A stretch of 64,000 nt of DNA, taken from Hyaloraphidium curvatum SAG 235-1. Taxonomy: Eukaryota; Fungi; Monoblepharomycota. The stretch covers positions 508,810 through 572,809 of the forward strand of contig JAIVFI010000031.1 of NCBI GenBank assembly GCA_025558095.1, written 5' to 3'. The position numbers were made by a program, and so were the translations under genes. Numbering within the stretch: the first letter of the stretch is position 1; the number at the start of each line of letters is the position of its first letter. Under the pieces are notes generated by a model. The model was not told where the DNA came from. It saw nothing but the letters and a program-made list of their open reading frames with translations, and did not search any database. Of the stretch, positions 1-10,241 are shown piece after piece.

Positions 1-98
1 GGGAAGGGAGCGTTGAGTTGCTCGGTGCGTAATGTTCCGTTTTGCGCTCTCGTTCCCTTCTCACGCTTCTCGTTATTCTCCTTCACTGTACTTCGCAG

Positions 99-1311
99 CT
101 CAAGAACTCAGTCAGATCCGCCTGCGGCAACAGGAGATGCGCTTGAGCCCCGCTGTCGAAGGAATCGCGGTAGGCGATTCTGCTCGCGGCGACGATGGAA
201 GCGTGGAAAGGGCGGCCGCTTTCAGGCGTTGGCAGTTGAAGAAGGTAGCAACCGCGGCATCTTCTGGTGTCGGAGAAGCTAAAACTTTTGCCTTTTACAG
301 ATCGGCGAGCGCACGCAACAGCGTTGTGCGAGGCTTGTCACTGCTTACTACGCTTCGCTCCGCTCTGGCGCTCCAATCAAGCTCGACGACCTCACCTTCG
401 AATCGGGACCACCGAGCCCGGGCATGGGCCTGCTCAGCCCCGGTCCGCGCCTCGGGGACTTCGTGGACTACATGGGACAAGCCGCCAAGACGGACGAGGT
501 CGCTGGCGGCAAGCAAGTGGCGTTTCATGAGGCCGGGCCCGACATACTGCCTGTTCTGCCGAACTATTGGGTCATGGGCGAGGACGAGATGCCGCCAAAC
601 TTTCCCCAGCGCCCGGAGGAAGAGGGGATGGCGGGGACCGCAATGAAGCTCCCGCACCCGAGCCCCGGATCCGAAATCTCGACGGGCTCATCGGGCGCGT
701 CTTCTTCTCCCGCAATCTCGGCAGCTGCCTCGTCGGACCGCGAGATGCCGCCTCCCCCGCCTGCGAAAGACCCCCGATCGCCGATCACGGTCAAGCGCCT
801 CTCGGAACTCCTCTTCAGAAGCTCCCCTGCAGCGAGCAGCAAGTCGGTTGGCTTCCCATCTGCAGAGGCCGAGGATGTTGCAGCGAGCAAGCCCAAGCGC
901 CGTCCCCCGCCGCGATCGGAAGCCTTCAGCGCGTTGCTCCGCTCCCTGTCGAACCCGGCGCCTTCGCTGCCGAGCCCGGGCACCCTCATTGCGACCGCCA
1001 AGACTCCGTCTGCGTCCGAGCTCCCGGCTCTCGCAGGGCAAGTCGGGCGGCTGCATGCGGAGCGGCGCGGGGAGATGGGCATGCGCACGCCTTTCGTCGA
1101 CATGTCGAAGGCCACCGAAGACGAGGAAGAGGATGAGGAGCAGACTGGCGGAGAAGAGAGGGCGAAGAGCGAGCGTGGGCGACCTGGATTCCCTGGTGCG
1201 GGGGGGCGGGCTGTCGGTGAAAGGGTCAAAGTGGAGAGGGGAGGCCTGAGGGCTGGAGCGAAGGCGCTTTTCGGGCTCGGAGGCGGCGGCAAGAAGGGTG
1301 CGGGAAAGTGA
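99..1311 (+). CDS. 3' part of a hypothetical protein (5' end outside window); exons 99-244 and 301-1311
   Basis: Intron 245-300 (GTAGCA...TTTACAG, phase 0) joins the 32..646 frame to the 424..1311 frame. A further acceptor (CGCAG) ends at 98. The product is low-complexity and S/P-rich. Confidence 0.55.
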
Positions 1312-1818
1312 AAATGGGTGTCTTTTGGTTATGATCGTTCTACTTTCTTTCGCGACGGAGTTGCTGGTGTACGTCTGTCTGTAGCCTTCTCTCCTTCCCA
1401 TCGATCGCGCCCGCCAATCTTAGCTCGTTTGATCGCAATGCAAAGTGAAATGCAAAGAGAGTCTGCTCATTACCATGGGACATGAGCACGGGATGCTGTT
1501 AACCGCACAGTTGTTCCGGAGGCTCGCGCAGAGTACGGCGGGGCTTGGTCGGGGCACAGCGCCATTTCCCGAACGCAACGCCGCCGACGGATTGCCAGGC
1601 CGCGCGGTCTCGAAAGGCACGGAGATTGTGTCAGACAAGGCGCTCGGAAGTACTCCGGGCATCTGCTCTCGGCCGCTGCCGCACATCGAAGGTCGGCGGC
1701 GAGTTCCTGTCGACCCTGTGAATCACCCCCGGGGCCCGTGGGATCCCCATCGCCGTCGGAACTGCACTCCGGAGCACCTTTTCGGCATCTGTCTTGCTCG
1801 AACTTTATCGTCCGTGCC

Positions 1819-2723
1819 ATGGACTCCAGTTCCGGGCCGTGGGCGGCGACGGACCGCCCTCCCGTTTCCCGAAGGCCGCGCGCCCTCGGATCTATTCTCC
1901 CGGCCGCCAACGGCGCCGCGTTCCTCCTCGCCACGCTGTACATGCTCACGTCGGTGGCGGCGCAACCCATTTCGTCCCCCGAGGCGCCTGCAGCGACAAG
2001 CACCACTTCGACCTCGACCCTGCCGCCATCTCCGACGGCAACGCAGTCGCAAACGCCCATCCCGACCATGACGAGGACCTCTTTCGCTTGCAACACGATT
2101 TGTGGGTTTTCTTGTCCTTGTTGCGGGCTCATCGGGATACGCAGGCTCGTCCCGGATCTCGGGAAAGCTGCGATCCCATTGCGCCTTATCTTCGCCTGAT
2201 CTTTCGAGCTGACCTTCCTCCCTTCGCAGTCTGCGGCTACAGCATCTACTACTATCTGGTGTTCTTCCTCGTCTTCTTCTGCCTCTCCATCCCGTGCGGC
2301 CTCCTCGTGCGCCGGCGGGCCAACCAGCTCCAGCGCGAGGCGGCCGCCCGGCGCGAGGCCGAGCGGGCGAGCTACGCCGGTACCCAGGGATACTGGGAGC
2401 TCCAGCGCCGGGACGACGGCGCGGAGGAGCCGCTGCCGATGTACGTGGCCGAGGATCCCTGGAAGGCGCCGAACCCGGATGCGGGGAACGGCGCCCCCGT
2501 GGATCCGCCGCCGCCGGCGGATGCGGGCGGCGAGCAGCCGGGACAATCTTCTTCGACGGTGGGCGCGGATGTGCCGCCCCCGCCTGCGGACTATTCGGAC
2601 ATGATGAGGCGGCCCGCGGGTCCTTCGGTGGCTTTCCCGGCGCCCAGCGTGGTTAGCAGCGGGTCGCCGCCCGTCGGGCGGATAACGGTGCCCGATGCAC
2701 CTCCGCCGGCGTACACAGGATAG
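1819..2723 (+). CDS. Single-pass membrane protein with S/T-rich ectodomain and cytoplasmic PY motifs (Rcr1-like HECT-ligase adaptor)
   Basis: Intron 2102-2229 joins ORF 1738 to ORF 1794. Hydrophobic leader (FLLATLYMLTSVAAQ), Thr-rich stretch, TM (YYYLVFFLVFFCLSIPCGLLV) followed by RRR, then LPMY, PPADY and a terminal PPPAY. Confidence 0.65.
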
Positions 2724-3002
2724 CGGACGGACGATGGTGGAGCTGATGAAGCATGATTGTTCGATTATCACTCAATTTTGATCAAGGAATGGTGGTCAGG
2801 AAAGTGAAACTTGAGCTCCAGCCCGACCCGATATGTCCTTCCTGCAGAGGATCACGTTCGATCTCGGCCGTCCGTGCAGTGTTGCCGATCAGGAGGGGAT
2901 ACGCCGGCGCAGAGCTGCGCCCCGACTCATCAGGGTCGAAACAGTCGCGGTACCGAATCATGAGCGCCTGAGGGCTGAATGAGCAACAAACGGTCATTGT
3001 CG

Positions 3003-3845
3003 ATGCCATGCCGTAGCGGATACCGCGTCCGCCGGGGTTTACTGCCCTTGGCGCTTCTCCTGGTCGCCTTCATGCTCCCTGGAGCGTCTGCCTCTTTCCT
3101 GCTCCTCGTTCGCCAATGGGGCCCAACTTTCTGCTCAGGCACGCGGTGCAGCGTTGATCCTCCTTCCCGCTTCACGCTGCATGGTCTCTGGCCGCAGCGC
3201 GACGACGGGACGTATCCCAGTTTCTGCTCGAACGGAAAGTTCGACGCCAACGCGCTGCCGTCGAGCCTGAGGACCAGGATGTCGTGCGAGTGGCCCTCCT
3301 TTACCGGGACATCGGAATCGTTCTGGGGCCGGGAATGGAAGAAGCATGGGACGTGCGCGCCCGATCTGTTTGCTTCGGCTGAGGACTACTTTCGGAAGAC
3401 CCTCGAGTTGAACGCGGGCTACAGGGTCGAGGCGGCCCTCGAGCTGGCAAGCATTGAACCGGAAGGCTCCGTGTCTCGGGCAAAGCTCGCGGATGCCTTG
3501 GATGGCCGGTTCGGAGCCAAGAATGCTCTGAAGTGCCGAGGCAGGCAACTATCGGAGATTTGGACGTGTATCGACCCGGAGACGATGTCGGCCATGGACT
3601 GCCCGGCGGATATGCGGACGGGCTGTCCGTCGGAGGTCCGATTTCCTGACGGCGGTGAGACAGAGGAGGCGTGCGAGGTGTTTTTCGACGCGCCGACGGA
3701 AACGACTCGGACACCGGCCGCGACGCAAACGCAAACGCGGCCGATGCCGATTTCCCGGACGCCGACGGGCGACGTCGATCGGCTTGACGTGCCGGTCGCC
3801 CTGATGGCTGCTGGAACGCTGATGGCTGTTGGGCTCGCAGAATGA
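3003..3845 (+). CDS. Secreted ribonuclease T2 with Thr-rich linker and hydrophobic C-terminal tail
   Basis: CAS I FTLHGLWP and CAS II FWGREWKKHGTC, conserved Cys, and a signal peptide (LLPLALLLVAFMLPGASA). Confidence 0.93.
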   Translation: MPCRSGYRVRRGLLPLALLLVAFMLPGASASFLLLVRQWGPTFCSGTRCSVDPPSRFTLHGLWPQRDDGTYPSFCSNGKFDANALPSSLRTRMSCEWPSFTGTSESFWGREWKKHGTCAPDLFASAEDYFRKTLELNAGYRVEAALELASIEPEGSVSRAKLADALDGRFGAKNALKCRGRQLSEIWTCIDPETMSAMDCPADMRTGCPSEVRFPDGGETEEACEVFFDAPTETTRTPAATQTQTRPMPISRTPTGDVDRLDVPVALMAAGTLMAVGLAE

Positions 3846-4079
3846 TCCGCTCGATCGATGCTTCACCATTACCCTCGAGGCGACATCAATACCCTCCTTT
3901 AGTTTTGATTGCCTATGTACTGATCACTGATTCGTCATTATCGTTGGCAACTGGCAAGGATCTCGCTGGTCGTTGCGCAAGCCAGCAGCAATCGGGTGGA
4001 GCGGGGCCTGGGGCAACGTGTCGATCCTCCACCACTTTCGGCCACCCCGCACACCCCCGCGCCCGCCGCCGCCGCCGCC

Positions 4080-5441
4080 ATGTCCGCGCCGTCCGCCTCC
4101 GCCGCGTCCGCGCCGCCGCGCGCGCCGGTCTACGTGTTCGGCTTCGACGTCGCGCCGCACATCGAGAAGCTGCCGCCCGCGCTGCGGCCCGCCGCGCAGA
4201 CCGCGCTCACCGCGCAGTTCGCGTGGTTCGTCGGCCATCTGCTGACGGGTGCGTGGCCGAAGGCCCCCGCCCCCGCCCTCCGCGCCTGACACCCGCCATT
4301 TAAGTCGTGCAGACGCTGCTCTTCATCGTCTTCCGCCGCAACTCGCCGGCCGGCGCGAGCTCCTTCCGCTGGGCGCTGCTCGGCACCGTGCTGTCGTACG
4401 CCATCGTGCTCTACAAGGCCCACGTGAGCGGGTACATGCGCGGCCTGTCGCAGGGCAACGTGCGCGACGCCCGCCAGGTCTTCGAGGCCCTGGTCAAGGA
4501 TGAGAACGCCCAGTACGGAATGCTGGCCGTCGCGTGGCTCTGGAACCCGGCATACACGCGTGAGTATCGCATCGGAGTGCGAGTGGGCGGGGTTGGCGCC
4601 GGAGACGGCGGGCGCGATCCGTGGTACCGGGGCACGTGATCCCACCATCGGGGCCCTTTTCGGCGCGATTCGTTGCCGAGAGCTTGTTGCTTTCGGGCAT
4701 TCGTCCTTTCTGGGCGGGGAGCGCGGCGAGATCTTGGCAGATCCGTGGCCGCCGTGCGCGGAATCAACCCTTGAAGAGATTAATCGTCTCGGTGATTTTA
4801 CGGGCGTGGGAAGAAGGCACATGTGTCGCTTTCCTTCTTTCTGGATCTTGATCTTTGCCCCTTACACCACCTTTTCTTGGTTCTAACCATTTTCGTTCCT
4901 CTTCCCATGGCATCCTTATTTGCTCTCAACCTTCACGCTCTCGAACTCCGACCACCTAGCCCTCTTGATCCCCTACCTCACCTTCTCCCTCTTCCACGTG
5001 GCCACCTACACCCACAAGTCGCTGGTCAAGCTCCTCCCGGCCTCCCTGCACTCGCTCGCCCCCCCGCTCAAGTCGTTCGTCGACAACTACCAGCAGCCCG
5101 CGCTCAACTACGTCGCCTACTACGAGGCCGCGGTGCTCCCCCTCGCCCTGCTCATCGGCATCTTCCCGCGCTGGGTGCGCATCCTGTCCCCGCTGGTCTA
5201 CGGCCAGTTCCTCCTGCAGCGCTACCGCACCAGCGGCACCACCAAGCGCGCCTTCAGGAGCCTCAGGCTGACGGCGGACAAGTACCTGGACGTGCCGACG
5301 GTGCCGCAGGGCGCGAGGAACGCGTACCTGGCCGTCAGGAGCGCGCTCGAGAAGCTGGGCGGGCCGAGGGCCGCCGAGACGCCGCAGGGGGCGACGAGCG
5401 AGGGGCCTGCGGCCTCCGCGGGGGCGGACAAGTCGCAGTGA
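4080..5441 (+). CDS. POM33: TMEM33/Pom33/Per33 family ER/nuclear-pore membrane protein; introns 4249-4304 and 4560-4959
   Basis: Spliced product contains AWFVGHL, DENAQY, PYLTFSLFHVATY and YGQFLLQRY, typical of UPF0121/Pom33. Splice phases are consistent. Confidence 0.8.
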
Positions 5442-5678
5442 GCGGGGCCAAGCATCTTGGGGAATGGCTGTGGATCAAATGGATGTGCTGTAGACGTAGC
5501 ATCGAAGGTTCTTGCCTTGACAAGAGATGCCATCAAGTTCTCATCGTGCGACGGTAGCTTTGTCTATCCAATTCCAACCAAAACATGTCAGCTTCTATGT
5601 GGGGCAAGATTGTACCGATTCTGTCGTTTGGGAATGTCGTCGAGTCAATATGTACAACCGGACGAATCCGGTCCGGTA

Positions 5679-6737
5679 TCAGGCCGAGTACGCCGGAAGC
5701 CCGCTCAGGGTCTGGTCGCCGTCCAGCATGGCCACATCATACGTCGGAAGGCCGAACTCAGGGGTCGAGAATCCAAAGTCCATGTGCGCGTTCGCAATCT
5801 CCCACGTGAAGGGAAGGTGTCCGAAGTTGAACGCCAGGATTGCGCGCCCCGTTGCACCGCAGGCCACGTGCAGCTGCTTCGACATCAGCGGCGAGTACCT
5901 GCCGACGACCGCAGCATCCAGCGTCTGGGCGCGGCCGAATCCGTCGGCGGCGATGAGCACCCCCTCGCGCGTGAAAAAGACGCCGGCCGGGCAGCCGTTG
6001 GCGTCCAGCGATACGCCGCAGCCGATCGTCGCACCCGCCCTGCCCGGTGCGTACGGCGCGGACCACTTGGATCCGGAACCGTTGATGTGCAGGAAGCCGT
6101 CGTCGCCGGTGTGGGCGATGGAATTGACCTCGATGCCCGGCAGGCGCATGTACGGGTACGGCTTGGTGGCCAGGCCGACCGAAAGCCGAGTAAGAGGATG
6201 GATCTCGCAGATCGTCACCTCGTAATAGAAGAATCGCGGCTCGCCGGGAATCTTGAACATGGGCATCTCCGAAAGTACGGTCCAGGTGTCCCGCTCCCTT
6301 TCGGCCGTGCGCTGCACGAAGGGAAACCGCAAGATTTGATGCTTGTAGAAGCCCTCCGAACCAGGAGGAGCGTCCTCGTCCGGCCCGACGTGCATCACCA
6401 CGGGATCATGACGATTCTCCTGATCCCGCGGCGCAACGCCCTCGAACGACCACGCCGACCCGATGCTCGCGTCGTTCATGTTCGTGATTTTCGCCATCAC
6501 GACCGGTTCCAGGGGCCACGGCGCGCCGGCAGAATGCGGCGACGCGCCGTGTGAGGCGTAGAACATTCGTGCCGAGTCAATCGCGCGGCGCTCGGCGCGC
6601 TCGTCCAGCAGCACGAGCTCCCGCTCGCGGTCCGGGGGGGTCGTCGGCGACCGCGAGAGGCCCCTGGTCGGCGCGTTAACCGGCGGCGTCTTGACGCGTC
6701 CGAGGCTCGGCAGGCTGATGGTGCGGAAGAAGCTCAT
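5679..6737 (-). CDS. SPRY/B30.2-domain protein (Ssh4/Ear1-like)
   Basis: YYEVTI, SVGLATKPYPYMRLPG, SIAHTGDDG, TIGCGV, VFFTREG and FNFGHLPF, plus C-terminal LPTY and LPAY motifs. Confidence 0.8.
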   Translation of the reverse strand: MSFFRTISLPSLGRVKTPPVNAPTRGLSRSPTTPPDRERELVLLDERAERRAIDSARMFYASHGASPHSAGAPWPLEPVVMAKITNMNDASIGSAWSFEGVAPRDQENRHDPVVMHVGPDEDAPPGSEGFYKHQILRFPFVQRTAERERDTWTVLSEMPMFKIPGEPRFFYYEVTICEIHPLTRLSVGLATKPYPYMRLPGIEVNSIAHTGDDGFLHINGSGSKWSAPYAPGRAGATIGCGVSLDANGCPAGVFFTREGVLIAADGFGRAQTLDAAVVGRYSPLMSKQLHVACGATGRAILAFNFGHLPFTWEIANAHMDFGFSTPEFGLPTYDVAMLDGDQTLSGLPAYSA

Positions 6738-7049
6738 CGCGATTTCGGAGCCGCGCCGCGCGGAGCGCCCGCGGCAACCTGCTTCGCGAAGAATGAGGAA
6801 TATGGCGCACCGATAGCGGGCGGCTGAACTCACTCACCCCGTGGCAAACACATGACATGATCTCATCGCCGACGATTCACGGAGCAAGCCGGCAATGTCT
6901 TTCTCTTAAGAAAATCGCTTGGAGATCTTTGATTGTCTGCTGCGGCCTGTTTCTAGCCACCCGGTCACCCTACAGGGGAAAGCCTCAATTACTGTATCAC
7001 CATCGAAACAGTTCAAACACATCAATAGCTACATCGGATTAAGTCGAGC

Positions 7050-8477
7050 CTAAGGGGAGCCACGGGAGTCAGGCGACGCCGGTGTGCCGCTGAATGTCGC
7101 GGAAGAAGGCGAGCTCGTCAGCAGCTCATCCACCAGTTGAAGGAGCCGCTCGTGGCGGCCATACAGCTCCCTGTATGCCATCGCCAATGTTGCAGTGCCT
7201 TCCTCGAAGCTGATAGGGTCCGGAAGCTGCGCTGAATGTGGACCAAGCTCCCCATCCCTCCTCTTCTTCGTCGCCGGAACGAGCATGCCAGGAGAGATCG
7301 GAGAGCGTGGATGCTTCGAACCACATGCGGCAAGAGGCGCAGTGTCCACCGGCATTACTGCCGTCGTCGCGCCTGAAGGCGTTGGAGATGGCGGACCAAA
7401 CAGTTCGGGCTCGGGAAGACCGAGCGAACCAACGGCGATGTTAAGGCCATCCTGATACGCCGCCCTTTCGATATCCGACGGCTCTGAAAGCGTGTCTCTG
7501 GAAGACACTGGCGGTGTTTCAGCTCTCGGCCGCCGATTTTCAAGCTCCACGGTTACGTCCGATCGGTCCGTCTTTGTCTGCGCCGGAGGCTCCTCAGACG
7601 AATCGTGCCATTCGCCACCAGTCCGTTCGTCTTCGCCGTGCGACGAAGACGGTAATCCGGCAATAAGGCTAAAGTCCTTGAGTGGCACCGGGCCCGTGGT
7701 GTCCACAGTGACCTCGCGTAGAGGCGCTGCGGGTGCTGAAGACGGGTGGTGAAACCAACGCACCGCTGCCTCCCAAGATTCTCGGTACTCCTCGACCTCG
7801 TCGAGGTCCTCAAGTATAAAGTGTTCGCCGGGACCACACAAGGGCTCAAGGGTGAGGATGCGGGGGTCGATTGGATAGGCGGCCTGCAGTTTGGACGGAG
7901 CCTCGCTCTCCACCGATGGCAATAGCGTCGTACATCTAGCCAGGGTAGGAGGAGTCAGCACGGCAGGCTGTCGTAAACCTTTCTCGGCTCAGAAGTACCT
8001 CGTGTCCTTCTCCCTAACAAGGAGCTCCACCGTTATTCTGGGCTTTTCAGGGAGGTCCTCCACCTTTGTCACGACAGCAGGATAGAAGGCCTTGGTCCCT
8101 GTTTCCCCGGGGCGACGAACCATGTAGAAGAACTTCAGACTGTTGTCGCGAGCGAAAAGACGCTGAGCACGTCGATGCGCTGGCACAAGGAGGTCCAATG
8201 CGGTACGGTCCAAGCGTGTGAGTTGCTTGTCAGGTACAACGGGTTGGAGGAGGAAGGTGGAAGGGTGGGGGACCGCGAGGTGGTCCTCGTCGAACGGAAC
8301 TCGAATGGTTCGGGCGTGCCGGAAGAAGTACACGTTGGCGGCCTCGCCATTATCCAGGATCCGTTCCAGCACTCCGAACGAAGGGCCGAACTTGTCAACA
8401 CGCGCGATGACGATGTCGTTCGGCTTCAAGCCGGGTTCGGACCGCAAAGGGGCCGCCATCGGAAGGTCCGCGCACAC
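7050..8477 (-). CDS. Hypothetical protein, possibly with N-terminal PWWP/Tudor-like barrels; intron 7936-7998; true start uncertain
   Basis: A GT..AG intron with a GCTGAC branch joins ORF 7989..8477 in frame to ORF 7050..7961. LKPNDIVIARV...VYFF and FYPAVVTKV resemble royal-family motifs. Confidence 0.45.
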
Positions 8478-8651
8478 GAAACACGACTCAGAGCATCAGC
8501 CGGCGCGCACGTGACGTGAAACTGGGTTGGCGGTCAGGAGAGGCCCGGAAGCTCCGGCGATCCCCCTCTCGTCTTGTTTGTGATTGTTTGCTGACTGATC
8601 GGTCGGAGTTCAACGAACGACACTACGCTCCGGGAAACGCACAAAGCACGA

Positions 8652-9953
8652 ATGCCAGCCCAGTACACTTCTTGGGAGTCCTTCTTTGCGGCCTACCCGG
8701 GCGCGACCGAGCTCGAGCTGGGGCGCCACGCCGCGGCCTTCGACAACCCAGCGATCCTCCGGACTTACCTAGAGGCATTGGGGGATGACGGCGAGCTCTT
8801 AGTTCGCCAAGTCAGAGGACGTTACTACGATACAGTGGAGGAACTGGCCCTGGACCGGGACTCGGAGGCGTTCCTTCGGTGGTCGCACGAAAAGTTCGGG
8901 CCCGCGCGGGACATGACGAAGTTCTGCGTCGACGTCTTCCTCGCCGGCAAAGAGAGGATCCTGTCGTGGATCACTTCTGACGAAAATCTTAGGAGGCACC
9001 TTCTGCGCGGCATTGGGCCCGTCGATTTCCGTGCTGTAGCGGTCATGTTCTTCGACTGGCCAGCGGAACATGCCCAGGAAAAGGTGGTCCGTCTCCTGAA
9101 TCTCCTTCGGCCGGTTATCGCAGAGATTCCAGGATTCCCTCGCGAAGACGATTGGAGCTTCGTCGGCGACTTGGATCGGGAGAAGAGGCCGTTCGCTGTG
9201 CCGCTGTATCCGTTCGTCGCTGAACGGTATCCCTGGTTGGCCCGAACCTTTGCCGTGGATTGGGGCTTGGGACCCAACCTGCACCGGAAGCGCATTCTGG
9301 GTTACCTGTGCCTGCGAGCCTCCCAGTGGCGCTACGAGACCATCCCAATGGACTTTCTCTGCTGCCTGACAGCACCTTCGATGACGGCCCAGGATTCTCG
9401 CGCGATCATTGTCGAGTACGCTGCCGAGATTGTGCACAGATTCAAGGACGTTCGTTTCTGGAAGCATGCCCTGGACCACGGCTGCTTCTTTGGTGCCGAT
9501 CGAGACATCATTCGGGGCCTCCTTTCCTTCCGTGGTGATTTTGATCCGGCCTACGAAGATATCGAATACGCACGCCGAGCTAGCGAAAGCGTGCGCAGGA
9601 ACACGTACCGCTCGATCCGCATGCTGCTCGCGTCGGGCCGCGCCCCCATTCCCTCGCATCTCGCAGCTGCAATCAGTCTTGCCGAGGGCGACACCTCGAT
9701 CGCTCCGGGAGCCCCCTTGCAGGGAGCCAGGGGCTTCATCCGGCTGCTCTTGCACTTTGGTGCGGATTTCTTGACCCGGCCCGTCCGACGGGCGGTTCGC
9801 AGTGGTCCTCGTGGGACTGGGGGGAGGCTTGCAGAGGACGTGAAGGAGGTCAGGGCGTGGAGGCGCTGGGGCGAGACCGGTGTGCTGGGTGGGCTGCCGG
9901 CGGAGCTGGTGGAGGTCATTGCGCTGGAGCACTGGGAGGACTGCTGCGTTTAG
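8652..9953 (+). CDS. Intronless helical-repeat (ankyrin-like) protein with C-terminal F-box/SOCS-like motif
   Basis: 433-aa ATG ORF of normal protein composition, containing IRMLLASG and FIRLLLHFGAD, ending LPAELVEVIA. Confidence 0.55.
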   Translation: MPAQYTSWESFFAAYPGATELELGRHAAAFDNPAILRTYLEALGDDGELLVRQVRGRYYDTVEELALDRDSEAFLRWSHEKFGPARDMTKFCVDVFLAGKERILSWITSDENLRRHLLRGIGPVDFRAVAVMFFDWPAEHAQEKVVRLLNLLRPVIAEIPGFPREDDWSFVGDLDREKRPFAVPLYPFVAERYPWLARTFAVDWGLGPNLHRKRILGYLCLRASQWRYETIPMDFLCCLTAPSMTAQDSRAIIVEYAAEIVHRFKDVRFWKHALDHGCFFGADRDIIRGLLSFRGDFDPAYEDIEYARRASESVRRNTYRSIRMLLASGRAPIPSHLAAAISLAEGDTSIAPGAPLQGARGFIRLLLHFGADFLTRPVRRAVRSGPRGTGGRLAEDVKEVRAWRRWGETGVLGGLPAELVEVIALEHWEDCCV

Positions 9954-10241
9954 GGCTCATATGCGTGATCGCGATGACGCGGGGGCGCAGACAGGGAGAG
10001 GGAGGGACAACAATCAAACAACAGCGTTGGCGCTGGTCCATTTTCCGGCCGTCCCAGCCGTTGGAGCGGACCGACGACTTCTCGCGTCTGCTAGCAGTGT
10101 GACAAAAGCCGCCCGGGAACCGTCGGAACCGGCGGCGCGGCCCCGTTCGGGTCGCCTTCCCGCTTTTCCCCTTTCTGCGGGCCTCCCCCTCGAACCCTCC
10201 CAAACCTCCGCCGGAACCTCTCTCCCACCCCTCTTTCCAAA

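Noticed and set aside
4560-4959. Unusually long POM33 intron as a snoRNA host
   Set aside because: AGATTA and ACA motifs occur, but I cannot see convincing hairpins or paired C/D boxes.
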